DNA from: Infirmifilum sp. | GTDB lineage: Archaea > Thermoproteota > Thermoprotei > Thermofilales > Thermofilaceae | Length of the DNA: 64,000 nucleotides | Assembly (NCBI GenBank): GCA_041287245.1 | Contig: JBEULP010000117.1 | Location: 224,001 to 288,000, forward strand | Direction of reading: 5' to 3' | In this document: in pieces, positions 29,313 to 39,518 of the stretch | Layout: every line of letters begins with the position of its first letter | Numbering within the stretch: the stretch's first letter is position 1 | Notes under the pieces: generated by a model | What the model was told of the DNA's origin: nothing | The model's input: the letters and a program-made list of their open reading frames with translations, nothing else | Databases searched by the model: none | Made by a program: the position numbers and the translations under genes

Positions 29313-29572
29313 TCCCCCACTAGTTGGGAGGTTTTTGCGAGGGTATGCTTTCACACCTTAGCCATTCTCAGGTAAAGTTTTGTCCTTGAATTTTCTGCCC
29401 AAGGAGGAAGAATATAGAGAGGCTTAGTCAGTTTTTGGTGAAAACCAGATGCCCCTGCAGGAGCTCTAAGCTAGTAGCTATAAGGAATCGAAGATTTTAT
29501 TAAGCCCCGGAGACCCTTCCCTTATAATGATACTACAAAAAGCGAGACTTAAGCTAAAAACACCTGGTTAAT

Positions 29573-30499
29573 TCATGGAAGAACAATGTAAGTTGGTGGA
29601 GGCCACATTGCAAGGTAAAGGATGCTGGGAACACTTAAAGGTGTCTTGGATGTTGATGTCCCAAAGAGTAGGCTGAGAAGACTTGGCTGTGGCGGCTTAA
29701 GCTCGGTTACTGGCGCTTCGTACGGTAAGCCAGCGAGTTCTTTTGTCTTGTTTATCGCCTCGTCCAAGGTTAATATGTCGTCTATAAGTCCCATCTTTAA
29801 AGCCTCCTGTGGGGCGTAAGGTCTTCCAGTGAATACTTCACTGTTAACGTTTTTCCTATTCTCCAAGACTATATTTTGAAACAGCCTAAAGTATTCGTCT
29901 ATAATCTCCTGCATTACCTTTTCTTCCTCAGCTGTCATGTTGCGGAAGGGGGATCCGATGTCCTTCAGCGGCCCCGACTTTATCGTATATACTCTTATAC
30001 CTAGTTTTCCCAGTAAGCCCTCAACAGAGGTAACCGAGGTGTATACCCCGATAGAGCCTACGAGTGCAGAGGGGCTAGCATAGATCTTCGTCGAGGGGCA
30101 GGCTGCCATGTAAGCACCGCTTGCCATGCTTCCCTGGGCGAAAGAAACCACCACCTTTTTGGCTGCAAGCTTCTTAATAGCGTTGTAAAGGTCATATGAA
30201 GCAGATACCGTGCCTCCAGGGCTGTCGAAAACGATTATCACAGCTTTGACGCTGGGGTCATTCCGCGCATTATCGATTAAACTGATATACTGGTCTACGC
30301 TTGTTGTCGCGCCTAACAGCGAACCGGATGAGTAGTCAATTGTCCCTGAAATCTTAATCTTGGCTACATGGGGTACTAATAGAGTGGAGGACTTACTAGA
30401 CGAGAAGAAAGCCAGAAGCACCCCTACCACGACAAGGGTTATAATGATGATAAGGGGAAGCCTCTTCTGAATACTTATTTTGTTAGCTACTTGCGCCAT
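29573..30499 (-). CDS. sppA: Signal peptide peptidase SppA (S49)
   Basis: DSPGG, ASGAY catalytic Ser, GSIGV, KSGPLKD. Confidence 0.95.
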   Translation of the reverse strand: MAQVANKISIQKRLPLIIIITLVVVGVLLAFFSSSKSSTLLVPHVAKIKISGTIDYSSGSLLGATTSVDQYISLIDNARNDPSVKAVIIVFDSPGGTVSASYDLYNAIKKLAAKKVVVSFAQGSMASGAYMAACPSTKIYASPSALVGSIGVYTSVTSVEGLLGKLGIRVYTIKSGPLKDIGSPFRNMTAEEEKVMQEIIDEYFRLFQNIVLENRKNVNSEVFTGRPYAPQEALKMGLIDDILTLDEAINKTKELAGLPYEAPVTELKPPQPSLLSLLFGTSTSKTPLSVPSILYLAMWPPPTYIVLP

Positions 30500-30543
30500 G
30501 TGAAATTAAAATATAGGCGGGGATATATCTACTACGGTTCGAC

Positions 30544-31953
30544 ATGGTCAAACATTATGATGTTATTGTTTTCGGTACAGGCTCTGCAATGAACATAGTC
30601 TCGGAACTATTAAACCAGGGGTATGAAGGTAAGTTTGCCGTAATCGAGAACAATATGGTTGGAGGCATTTGCTTAACCCGGGGCTGCATACCCTCTAAAA
30701 TGCTTCTCGAAGTAGCACGAAACCTTAGAAGAATACGAGAAGCATCGAAATTCGGCATAGAGGTCTCTCTCAAACCACCTGATTTCGCGTCTACGATGGA
30801 GAGTGTTTGGCAGAGAATATATAGGGAGAGTAGGGAGATCGAGCACTCTCTTAAACATCACCCACTCATTGATCTTTACGAGGTAGACGGAGTATTCGTT
30901 GGTGATTATACGGTCGACGTTGGTGGGCGGGAAATCGAAGGCGAAAAAATCCTCCTCTGCACCGGGTCCAAGCCTAAAATACCTTCCGTGCCAGGGATAG
31001 AGGAAGTAGAGTATTATACCAACGATAACTTCTTCAGGGATCTGCGAAAACTGCCCAGGCGAACGGTCGTGGTGGGGGCAGGTTATGTGGGATTGGAGCT
31101 GGGCTTCTTTCTAGCAATGATGGGGAGCAACGTCACCGTTCTGGGAAGGCGTCCACAAGTCTTACCTGAAGAAGAACCTGAGATTTCACAGCTGTTGAAG
31201 AAAGATCTTTCCCAATATATGGAAATTAAGACGGGATACGAGGTTGTCGAGTTCAGAAGATCTGGGGAACGCAAGATTGTTGTTGCCGAAAACAAAGCTA
31301 CAGGGGAAAACGTTGAGTTTGAAGCTGATGCCATCCTTATAGCATCTGGACGGGCATCATATAGTGACGTTACCAAGCCGGAAAAGACTGGGGTCAGAAC
31401 CGACGAGAAAGGTTGGATTATAGTCGACGAGTACCTAAGAACCACAAAAAGCGACATATGGGCTTTTGGTGACGCAACTGGGAAGCTGATGTATAAACAC
31501 AAGGCTAATTATGAAAGTGTAGTTGTTTACTATAACGCTTTTAAAGGAGAGGAGGTAAAGGCTGATTACCACGCTGTTCCTCACGCAATCTTTACCGAGC
31601 CTGAGGTTGCCAGCGTGGGGCTTCGGGAAGAGGAGGCACGGAAGAAGTATGATATTCTCATTGGCTACGCAAATTATGGTGAAACAGCAAAGGGAGAGGC
31701 CATGAAGGCAGAAGACTACTTTGTAAAGGTAATTCTTGATAAGGAAACATTGAAGATTCTCGGAGCTCACATCGTGGGACCGGAGGCTTCTATTCTAATA
31801 CAGGAGATTGTAAACCTTATGTACACAGAATCCGGAACAGCAGAACCCATTTACAGGGGTATGCACATCCATCCAGCTCTCTCTGAGGTTGTTGAGAGGG
31901 CGTTCTTCCACCTCCACGAGCCTGAAGATGCGCACCGTCACATACACATATAA
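30544..31953 (+). CDS. Class I pyridine nucleotide-disulfide oxidoreductase (dihydrolipoamide dehydrogenase / mycothione reductase-like)
   Basis: GGICLTRGCIPSK redox disulfide, GAGYVGLE, HPALSE. Confidence 0.9.
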   Translation: MVKHYDVIVFGTGSAMNIVSELLNQGYEGKFAVIENNMVGGICLTRGCIPSKMLLEVARNLRRIREASKFGIEVSLKPPDFASTMESVWQRIYRESREIEHSLKHHPLIDLYEVDGVFVGDYTVDVGGREIEGEKILLCTGSKPKIPSVPGIEEVEYYTNDNFFRDLRKLPRRTVVVGAGYVGLELGFFLAMMGSNVTVLGRRPQVLPEEEPEISQLLKKDLSQYMEIKTGYEVVEFRRSGERKIVVAENKATGENVEFEADAILIASGRASYSDVTKPEKTGVRTDEKGWIIVDEYLRTTKSDIWAFGDATGKLMYKHKANYESVVVYYNAFKGEEVKADYHAVPHAIFTEPEVASVGLREEEARKKYDILIGYANYGETAKGEAMKAEDYFVKVILDKETLKILGAHIVGPEASILIQEIVNLMYTESGTAEPIYRGMHIHPALSEVVERAFFHLHEPEDAHRHIHI

Positions 31954-32019
31954 TTAAATTTTTCCAAGTGTAAAGTACACCTTAGCGTTAAGTTAAAAAA
32001 TTTTTAGATGTTATAAGCT

Positions 32020-33222
32020 ATGAAGAGTATGGTCAATAGAAGGCTCTTAGTAGCCCTAGCCGTATTATACGTCCTCTACTTTTTAGTCTATGTTCACAGG
32101 ACGATAACAGGAGTCCTAAAACCAGAATTGCAGGTTATTTCTGCTCAAACTGGCTTTGAATTGGCTCTACTCTCCTCCTTAATGGCCTCGGCATATTTTT
32201 ATGCATACTCAGCTATGCAGCTCCCCGGCGGGGTTCTCGCCGACGCGCTGGGAGTTAGAAGATATGTTGCTCTCAGTGGAGGGGTTATGGCGCTAGGGGC
32301 GCTTCTATTTTCATCAGCTGTCCCTACGCTCATGCTGATCGGCCGCTTCCTTATTGGAGGAGGAGCCGCAGCTGTCTACATCTCTATTCAAAGGGTTATA
32401 GGCGTCTATGCTGAAAAAAAACGTGGGGGTCTCCTTACTGGTCTTGCTCTATCTGTTGGGAATCTAGGTGCATTATTTGCAACGGTTCCTGCAAGGTCGC
32501 TGCTAGATGTTTTAGGCTTTTCAGAGTTTTTCTTCGTTCTTACGCTAGTATCGGTGGTTCTAGCGATCATACCACTTTACGCGATTAGTGATGAGGGGAT
32601 AAGTAGCAAGGGAGTGGTGGAAGGGCTCAGGAAGGCCCTGAGACAGTTAAAAATTGTTGTGAAGTCATACCACTCATGGGCTGTTGCCCTTGCTTATACA
32701 GGGACGTACTCGGCTGTACTTGCTTTTCAATCGTTTTGGGGTTATGAGTACATGCAGAAGTATTATGGTTTTTCAAAGGCGGAGGCAGCGGAAGCATTGT
32801 TTTTCCTCGCACTTGCTTTTCTCATAAGTGTTCCTATTATAGGATATGTAAGTGACTCTCTTCTCAAGAAAAGAAAGCCTATACTTATAGCCGGCTGTTT
32901 TCTCCACTCGTTAGCATGGTTTACAGCTGCTTTAGCTCCCAGCCTCGGTGTAACAAGGATGGGCATTTACCTATTTAGCTTCGTACTAGGCTTAATAGCT
33001 TCAACTCACATGGTGATATCTCCCATGTCACGGGAGGCATACCCACCAGAATTTTCAGGGACTACATTTGCCTTTGTAAACCTCATAGGTTTCCTGACAG
33101 TTGCTATCTACCAAAGCCTAGGAGTAGTATTCACAAATCCTCTTAATGTTCTCACCCTCTACGGAGTGATCGCCTTCATAACAGGAGTATTGGCCCTAAA
33201 AACAAAGGAAACTCTCAGTTAA
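32020..33222 (+). CDS. MFS transporter
   Basis: QLPGGVLADALGVRR motif A; about 12 TM. Confidence 0.92.
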   Translation: MKSMVNRRLLVALAVLYVLYFLVYVHRTITGVLKPELQVISAQTGFELALLSSLMASAYFYAYSAMQLPGGVLADALGVRRYVALSGGVMALGALLFSSAVPTLMLIGRFLIGGGAAAVYISIQRVIGVYAEKKRGGLLTGLALSVGNLGALFATVPARSLLDVLGFSEFFFVLTLVSVVLAIIPLYAISDEGISSKGVVEGLRKALRQLKIVVKSYHSWAVALAYTGTYSAVLAFQSFWGYEYMQKYYGFSKAEAAEALFFLALAFLISVPIIGYVSDSLLKKRKPILIAGCFLHSLAWFTAALAPSLGVTRMGIYLFSFVLGLIASTHMVISPMSREAYPPEFSGTTFAFVNLIGFLTVAIYQSLGVVFTNPLNVLTLYGVIAFITGVLALKTKETLS

Positions 33223-33238
33223 AAAATAAAAATATTAT

Positions 33239-33883
33239 TCATGGGGTTTGTACAGCTCCGTACCAAGGCGTCCATTTGCCCCATGCGGGTATGTGTCCAA
33301 AGGTTGCGTTTACTCCTATATATAGGGCCACTAAGCCAGCGATAGCCAGCAAGGCTACTCCAAGCCAAGCTAGCATCTTGTTTTTCATGTTGAAGAAGAT
33401 TGGCGATAAGAGGACGGAAAGCCCTGTTAAGAAGTACATGGCAAAGGTGGCGTCAGGCTCCTTGGTTAAATGATAGTTGAGTATCGCTATTCCATGTACC
33501 ACGGGCAGGATTCCAATGAAGGCGAAGGGGATGGAGGTTAAAGCTATATTGATTCTAAGAAGTAATGAAAGGCCCAAAATAAGACAAGCCAGGCCGAATA
33601 TCGCCCAAGGATCCATTAGGACGATGTTATAGGGACCTGGAAATGGCCACGTGATCGTTGCCCAAATACCAGTTGCTAAGGCATATAAGCCTACTCCGAA
33701 GAAGAACACTCCATAGCCTCTATTTAGTTGTTCCAGGTCTCTCAGAGGCTTAATAAAGTTAAAGTAGATAAAGGTGGCGGTAGCGAGTAGGGTTGCGCCT
33801 AGTAGCATCAACCAAGTGTCTAGTGGATCTACCACAAGTAATGCAGCGGCAACATTAACTACTGAGAGGTGTTGCATCGTCAT
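33239..33883 (-). CDS. DUF981-like membrane protein
   Basis: VDPL near the N-terminus, TWPFPGPYNIVLMDP, TKEP and GH motifs. Confidence 0.75.
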   Translation of the reverse strand: MTMQHLSVVNVAAALLVVDPLDTWLMLLGATLLATATFIYFNFIKPLRDLEQLNRGYGVFFFGVGLYALATGIWATITWPFPGPYNIVLMDPWAIFGLACLILGLSLLLRINIALTSIPFAFIGILPVVHGIAILNYHLTKEPDATFAMYFLTGLSVLLSPIFFNMKNKMLAWLGVALLAIAGLVALYIGVNATFGHIPAWGKWTPWYGAVQTP

Positions 33884-34221
33884 AGCAATAAATCATTATG
33901 TAAAGATTTAAATATAGTTCTCTTTTTTCCGTTTGAAAAAAAGCCTCTTAAGTTATTTCGGTTTTAAGAAAAAATTAGTAAGCGAATACAGCTATCTTGA
34001 AGCTGAAAAAGGAGAGTTAAAGCCAAAATGTAAAGCTTAACATGTAATTTTTGCTAGGCTGATGCAATTAGTGAGAATGCACTCTAAGGCAAGTTGAGAA
34101 TGTCGATCATTATCCAGGACAAGCCATGCGGTTAAGATGAGTGGGTGTATGATTTCCTTGCTCACGTTTCATGAACAGCAGAAACCAATAAGTATATACT
34201 TTGGCAAAACAGGTTACAATT

Positions 34222-34494
34222 ATGTACCTATCTAACCCTAATGTTGCCCCAATATACTCAATTGGTCTTGGCCCTACCGAGATATTACTACTTGCGATAA
34301 TAGCAATAATACTATTCGCACCTAGGAAAATACCCGAGCTTGCTAAGGCAATAAAAGAGTCAGCTGACATACTTAGAAAGGAGACGAGCGAGGATGAGGT
34401 TAGAAAGGATGAACCAGAAAAAGAGAAGCAATTAGAGAAGATTTCTGAAAAACTCAAGGATAAAGAGGAGAAGAATAAAAAGAGGTTATTCTAG
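34222..34494 (+). CDS. tatA: Twin-arginine translocase TatA/E subunit
   Basis: LGPTEILLLAIIAIILFAPRKIPELAKAI; TM plus amphipathic helix plus charged tail. Confidence 0.85.
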   Translation: MYLSNPNVAPIYSIGLGPTEILLLAIIAIILFAPRKIPELAKAIKESADILRKETSEDEVRKDEPEKEKQLEKISEKLKDKEEKNKKRLF

Positions 34495-35225
34495 CTTGGC
34501 TTAGAACATACAGGGCAATCCTCTCTTCTCGAAACCTTTAAAACTTCAAATGAGCTCCTGGCACCATCAAAGATGAAGAGCCTGCCTATAGGTATTTCAC
34601 CATGTCCCGTAAGTATCTTCAAAGCCTCAAGGGCTTCTAGGGAGCCCAAGAAACCAGCTGTCGGCCCAGCGACTGGAAGATGTTTTTCTTCTTGGATATT
34701 TTCCGGGAAGATGCATCTGAGGCATGGGCCAGCGCGGGGGATAACGACCATTAACTGCCCGTAAAGTCCTCGAATAGCAGCATGTATCAATGGTTTACTC
34801 AGCTTGACGCAAGCTTCATTGATCAAAAACCTTGTCTTCCAGTTATCAAGACAGTCTACAACGATATCTGCTTCCCGTATGATTTCTAGAGCGTCGTCCA
34901 AGGTGTTGATGCGTTTATTGATAATATCTATCTTCACATCCGGGTTTAGTTTCCTTAGCTTGGCGAAAGCGCTTTCAACTTTAAACGAGCCTATATCGGA
35001 GGTCCAGTGTAAGAACTGTCTGTTAAGGTTGCTCAGCTCAACTTTTTCGGAGTCTATGAGTATTACTCTACCAACTCCAGCGGCTACTAGATAGGTCGCC
35101 ACGGGGGAGCCCAAGCCTCCCAGTCCAAATATAGCCACAGTGGACTTCTTCAACTTTTCCTGCGCCTCAACACCCCATACCCTGATTTGCCTATCATATC
35201 TTGTTAGCTCCTCATCTGTGAGCAT
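34491..35225 (-). CDS. HesA/MoeB/ThiF family E1-like adenylyltransferase
   Basis: RYDRQ, GLGGLG, SNLNRQ, DCLDN, CLRC and CPVC Zn ligands. Confidence 0.95.
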   Translation of the reverse strand: MLTDEELTRYDRQIRVWGVEAQEKLKKSTVAIFGLGGLGSPVATYLVAAGVGRVILIDSEKVELSNLNRQFLHWTSDIGSFKVESAFAKLRKLNPDVKIDIINKRINTLDDALEIIREADIVVDCLDNWKTRFLINEACVKLSKPLIHAAIRGLYGQLMVVIPRAGPCLRCIFPENIQEEKHLPVAGPTAGFLGSLEALEALKILTGHGEIPIGRLFIFDGARSSFEVLKVSRREDCPVCSKPS

Positions 35226-35286
35226 GCAATCATTACTATTTTCTTTGGAAATAATTAATTTATTTCGGTATTGAAAGAGTATTTGT

Positions 35287-36030
35287 GTGAAGGCGGTAGC
35301 CGTAGTAGGGTTTAAAGACTCTGGAAAAACAACCGTCGCGGAGTTTCTCGTCAGGGAGTTAAGGTCCAGGGGCCTCCGGGTAGCTGCTATTAAACATGCG
35401 CACGGCGGGATAACACTTTATGACGACGATTCAAGCCGTCTCTTCAAGGCTGGCGCAGACATTGCCGTTGCGCTGGCAGATGGTGAGTCTGTTGAGCTGA
35501 AGAGAGGGAAGCAAAGCCTGTGGCAGTATCTTTCTCTTTTCAGAGGGTATGACTTTTTAGTTGTTGAGGGGTTTAAGAGTATATTTCCAGGCTCGCGAAT
35601 AGTAGTTGCGAGGGACGTAGATGAGGCAAAGCAGCTTTCAAGTCCTCTTGTAATAGCCTACACTGGTAGGGTAGCTGAAGAAGCCACAGAGTCCCCCTTT
35701 AATGCCCCCCTTGTAAACTTCTCCAGGGAGCCCGAAAAGCTTGTAAACATTGCTTTAGAGAAGTCCTTAGAACCGCTCCCAGGGCTCAACTGCGGTTTTT
35801 GTAAGTACGGGAGTTGTATGGCTTTAGCTGAGGCTATAGCTAAGGGTGAAGCGGGGCTGGGGGAGTGTGTTGTACTTAAGAGTAAGGTGAAGCTAGTTGT
35901 TGATGGTAAACCGGTGGAGCTGAATCCTTTTGTCCAAGATGTCTTTAAGAATGTAATGCTTGGCCTTGCGTCTTTACTGAAAGGCGTAGAGCCTAATCCA
36001 AGGAGACTGGAACTAACCGTTTCCTTATAA
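35287..36030 (+). CDS. mobB: Molybdopterin-guanine dinucleotide biosynthesis protein B with Fe-S domain
   Basis: GFKDSGKTT, IKHAH, VEGFK; LPGLNCGFCKYGSC...GEC. Confidence 0.9.
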   Translation: MKAVAVVGFKDSGKTTVAEFLVRELRSRGLRVAAIKHAHGGITLYDDDSSRLFKAGADIAVALADGESVELKRGKQSLWQYLSLFRGYDFLVVEGFKSIFPGSRIVVARDVDEAKQLSSPLVIAYTGRVAEEATESPFNAPLVNFSREPEKLVNIALEKSLEPLPGLNCGFCKYGSCMALAEAIAKGEAGLGECVVLKSKVKLVVDGKPVELNPFVQDVFKNVMLGLASLLKGVEPNPRRLELTVSL

Positions 36031-36093
36031 ACTTACTGGGTATTCCGGTGAAGCGATTTTTATACTTCTACAACGCTCATAGAAAGAAGGATT

Positions 36094-37047
36094 ATGCTAC
36101 CTACAACTTTAGTGGGTAGTTTTCCGCTAGATTACTCGATAGCCAATATTAGGAAAACCCTTGAAGACCAGTTTAAGCTGGGAGTGACTTTCCCGGTGCT
36201 CCCTCAGCTTCGAGACTTCGTCTACATCTACCTTCAGCCCCTACTAGCTCAAGGAATAGTCCTGAAAGAGGGCCTGGGCTACCGCTTGGCGAAGGATATC
36301 AATGAAGCTGAAATTGAGGTCCCTGAGGATGTCTTAATAGCAGCTGACGTGGCCAGGGAGATGGGGTTGAAATACCGGGTCCCCATTACAGGACCCTTTA
36401 CTCTTGCTTCGAAGATAGCACTCCCTAATGGCAGGATCGGTGACATCTCCACATCTGCCGTTACAGAGAAGAAAACCTTAGAGTCTATTGTAGAATATAT
36501 GGGAAAGCTAGCCCGAAAAATCGACAGTGAAGTTAAAGGGCATCTCTACTGTGTGGATGAGCCGGTACTAGCAGTAATTGTCGGGTCTAGGAATATAATG
36601 TATGGTTACTCTCCTGAGTTTATTCACGACAAGCTGGACTACGTTCTAAGTAACTTGAGCGGGGAGATGAGAGGGATACATGTCTGCGGAAAACTTCCTC
36701 CTTTGCTGAAACAAATTTTACTAAATCTTCAGAACGCCGGTTTTCTCGACCACGAGCACAGTGATTTCCCCGCGAACAGGACGTATTATTCACGGGAAGA
36801 GCTCCTCAAAAGCTCGAAAAAACTTGGGTATGGTATAATCTCTCCAAGCAAGCCATCTGTCGAAAATAAGGAGATTGTGCTCTCCCTCGCAAAGGACGCT
36901 TATGACCGTTATGGCGACGCCATCGCGTTTTTCAAGCCTGACTGTGGCTTCGGTGGGCTTAAGGGTTATCTCGGGGGACGCGAATACGAGGAGATAGTCT
37001 TAGAAAAAATAAAACTGCTTGTAGAGGTCGCAGAGGAGGTGTCCTAG
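36094..37047 (+). CDS. Single-domain (core) methionine synthase, MetE C-terminal-like
   Basis: TTLVGSFP, PITGPFTLA, VDEP, Zn ligands HVC and KPDCGF. Confidence 0.8.
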   Translation: MLPTTLVGSFPLDYSIANIRKTLEDQFKLGVTFPVLPQLRDFVYIYLQPLLAQGIVLKEGLGYRLAKDINEAEIEVPEDVLIAADVAREMGLKYRVPITGPFTLASKIALPNGRIGDISTSAVTEKKTLESIVEYMGKLARKIDSEVKGHLYCVDEPVLAVIVGSRNIMYGYSPEFIHDKLDYVLSNLSGEMRGIHVCGKLPPLLKQILLNLQNAGFLDHEHSDFPANRTYYSREELLKSSKKLGYGIISPSKPSVENKEIVLSLAKDAYDRYGDAIAFFKPDCGFGGLKGYLGGREYEEIVLEKIKLLVEVAEEVS

Positions 37048-37739
37048 TGCAGCTCCTTGAGCTTGAGGAGCCTATTGTTTGTAGGATTGTCGGGAGGGTT
37101 AACAGGTTCGTCGTGGCTGTTCGAGCGGGAGGAGAGGAGAGCCTCGCCCATATAAACAATACGGGGAGACTTCTCGAATATATCAAAGGTGGAAAGACAG
37201 GCTACTGTCTACCGCATCGAGGGAAGACTCGCTATCGTTTGATAGCTGTTGAAGACATCGACGGTGCGGCTCTTATTGATACACAACTACAGATGAAGAG
37301 TTTCGAAGTAGCAGTACAAGGGAAAGTGCTTGAATGGGCTCAGTGCGACTTGATTTCAAGGTCCCCTGAGGTTGGAAGATCTAAGCTGGACTATCTTTTA
37401 AGGTGCCGGGGGAGGGAAACTTTCACCGAGCTTAAAAGTGCTGTTCTCAGACAGGGAGACTACGCGATGTACCCGGATTGCCCCACACCGAGGGGCAGGA
37501 GGCATATTATGGAGCTTATTGAGCTTTCCAGCTCCCGGGTTCGTACTTTACTGGTCTTCGTCGCAGGGTTAAGGGGGGTGAAAGCGTTCAAACCTAACAC
37601 AGAAGGAGACCCCGAGGTAGCAAGACTGTTAAAAAACGCCGTCTCGGCAGGGGTTGTTGTTAAGGGTTTCTCAATCTTCTATGACCCCAGCGGTTCTAGA
37701 ATACTTCTCGATAGAAAAAACCTTAGAATAGAGATATAA
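37047..37739 (+). CDS. sfsA: DNA/RNA nuclease SfsA
   Basis: RVNRF, HINNTGRL, LDYLL, ELKSA, YPDCPTPRGRRH. Confidence 0.93.
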   Translation: MQLLELEEPIVCRIVGRVNRFVVAVRAGGEESLAHINNTGRLLEYIKGGKTGYCLPHRGKTRYRLIAVEDIDGAALIDTQLQMKSFEVAVQGKVLEWAQCDLISRSPEVGRSKLDYLLRCRGRETFTELKSAVLRQGDYAMYPDCPTPRGRRHIMELIELSSSRVRTLLVFVAGLRGVKAFKPNTEGDPEVARLLKNAVSAGVVVKGFSIFYDPSGSRILLDRKNLRIEI

Positions 37740-37743
37740 AGTC

Positions 37744-39513
37744 TTAGGTTTTTTCAGCTATACATTTGATGAGATTCGCGTACTCCTTCTTAGCCGCCTC
37801 CATATACTCTCTACTCAGAAGACCATGAGGTGTAGGTACCTCGAAGATGCGTTTCGGAAACTCTACCTCATCCGGATTAAAGCCTTCGCGGATTTTTAGC
37901 TTATATTTTTCTCTCAATATTTTCCTGCCTAGCTCCTTCAAGTCATCGACTGTAAGATTTATTCCAAGGGGTTTCAACGCCTCGGATATTATCTCTGGCT
38001 TGTAGATTTCCCTAGCGAACAAGCATATGACCAGGCTAGTTAGAACCTGTCTCCAAGACTCCTCTTCATATAACGCTTTAACCAAATCGCTTGGTGAAAC
38101 ATCTTTCCCCAGAGTTTTCTGGTCTAAGGAATAGCCAGCGCTGTCCAAGTGGCTATGTCTGGCCCCGAAGGCATAGTTAAGGTATGCAGCGGGACCTGTG
38201 TGATAGCCAGCCATTTCGTTGCCGCTGAAAGATAAAGCGAAATCTTTTCCACCGAATTTTTCCGCTGCAAACCGCACACCTCTCGCCATAGCTTTATAGA
38301 GCTCCGTGGGTTGGTCTACGATTCTCTTAACGGCCTCTATATAGGAGGAATAGTTGCCCCAGTCGAGCTCTACACCATCGAGATCACTCTTTGATACTAG
38401 GCCCCGCTTGTACGCCTCGGTGGCCCAGGCTAGGACAACACCCGTGGACATGGCATCAAGTCCATAGGTTTCTACTATATCGATTAGTTTGAATAAACCC
38501 TCGGGCTCTCTAGCGCCAAGCATAGCGCCGAGAGCATAGATAGGCTCGTAGTCGTAGCCTATGAATGTTGTCTTATAAAAGTAGGGTTCCTCCTCGTATG
38601 GTTCTCTGAGCACTGCTAGGTGGATGCAAGCAACTGGGCAATGTGCACATGAGACCCTTCTACCTAAGTAGTGCTCAGCCAGGTATTCTCCCGATATTTT
38701 CTCGGCTGTGTCTAGGTAGCTCTGCTGAAGATTAAGGGAAGGTAGAGCTTTCAACGCATTCAATTGTAGCACGTTTACAGGAGTTCCTATCTCGTGGTAC
38801 TTCCTCATGAGCTGACTTTCAACGATCAGCTTGAATATCCTGTCGTAGACTTCGCGGTACGCCCTCTTGTCTACAACCGGTATTGAGGATCTCCCAGATA
38901 CCACTACGGCTTTAAGGCGTTTACTCCCGAAAACCGCGCCCAACCCCAACCTGCCGAAGTGCCTGTATGTCTCAGTGACAACACCAGCATAGCTCACCAT
39001 TTTCTCCCCAGCCCTTCCAATCCGCATTATAGTCCGCATACCTGACCCAGGCTCAACTTCCATCAGGATCCTACCCACAGTGTAGCTGCTAGTCATACCC
39101 CAGAGTGCTCGGGCATCACGGAAGTAGACTTTGTCTCCATGTATGGAAAGCCAAACTGGAAGGTCGCTTGCACCTTTAATCACGATTGCACCATATCCCG
39201 CGAGACGGATCGCTATGGCCGTCCTACCACCAGCGTGGCTTTCTCCCAGGTTTCCCGTGTGAGGGCTTTTGAAGAGGGCTACAGTTTTAGAAGCTGTGGG
39301 GTAGAGCGCGTTGAATGGGCCTGTGGCGAAAACAATAACGTTTTCTGGTCCTAGGGGATCGGCGTTTCTGGGAAGTTCTTCTTCGAGTAATTTGATAGCT
39401 ACGCCTGTCCCCCCTAGGTATTCCTCAAAAAGGTCGCTGCGATTCTCAACCCAGTATTTCTTGTTGGTTAGATCAATATACAGGACTCTGCCTAGACTAC
39501 TGATCACCGACAT
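37744..39513 (-). CDS. Tungsten-containing aldehyde:ferredoxin oxidoreductase family protein
   Basis: KSPHTG...ESHAGG, GRLGLGAVFGSK, CAHCPVAC, YGLDAMSTG; ATG 39513 follows a GGGTGA SD-like element. Confidence 0.93.
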   Translation of the reverse strand: MSVISSLGRVLYIDLTNKKYWVENRSDLFEEYLGGTGVAIKLLEEELPRNADPLGPENVIVFATGPFNALYPTASKTVALFKSPHTGNLGESHAGGRTAIAIRLAGYGAIVIKGASDLPVWLSIHGDKVYFRDARALWGMTSSYTVGRILMEVEPGSGMRTIMRIGRAGEKMVSYAGVVTETYRHFGRLGLGAVFGSKRLKAVVVSGRSSIPVVDKRAYREVYDRIFKLIVESQLMRKYHEIGTPVNVLQLNALKALPSLNLQQSYLDTAEKISGEYLAEHYLGRRVSCAHCPVACIHLAVLREPYEEEPYFYKTTFIGYDYEPIYALGAMLGAREPEGLFKLIDIVETYGLDAMSTGVVLAWATEAYKRGLVSKSDLDGVELDWGNYSSYIEAVKRIVDQPTELYKAMARGVRFAAEKFGGKDFALSFSGNEMAGYHTGPAAYLNYAFGARHSHLDSAGYSLDQKTLGKDVSPSDLVKALYEEESWRQVLTSLVICLFAREIYKPEIISEALKPLGINLTVDDLKELGRKILREKYKLKIREGFNPDEVEFPKRIFEVPTPHGLLSREYMEAAKKEYANLIKCIAEKT

Positions 39514-39518
39514 ATGTT

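Noticed and set aside
29313..29572. 260-bp intergenic region as possible ncRNA or MITE
   Set aside because: Only a weak hairpin and T tract near 29313-29336; no terminal inverted repeats, boxes or tRNA fold seen
30544..31953. Calling this gene lpdA or merA
   Set aside because: No E1/E2 neighbours, NADP-type basic residues, and no C-terminal Cys pair of MerA
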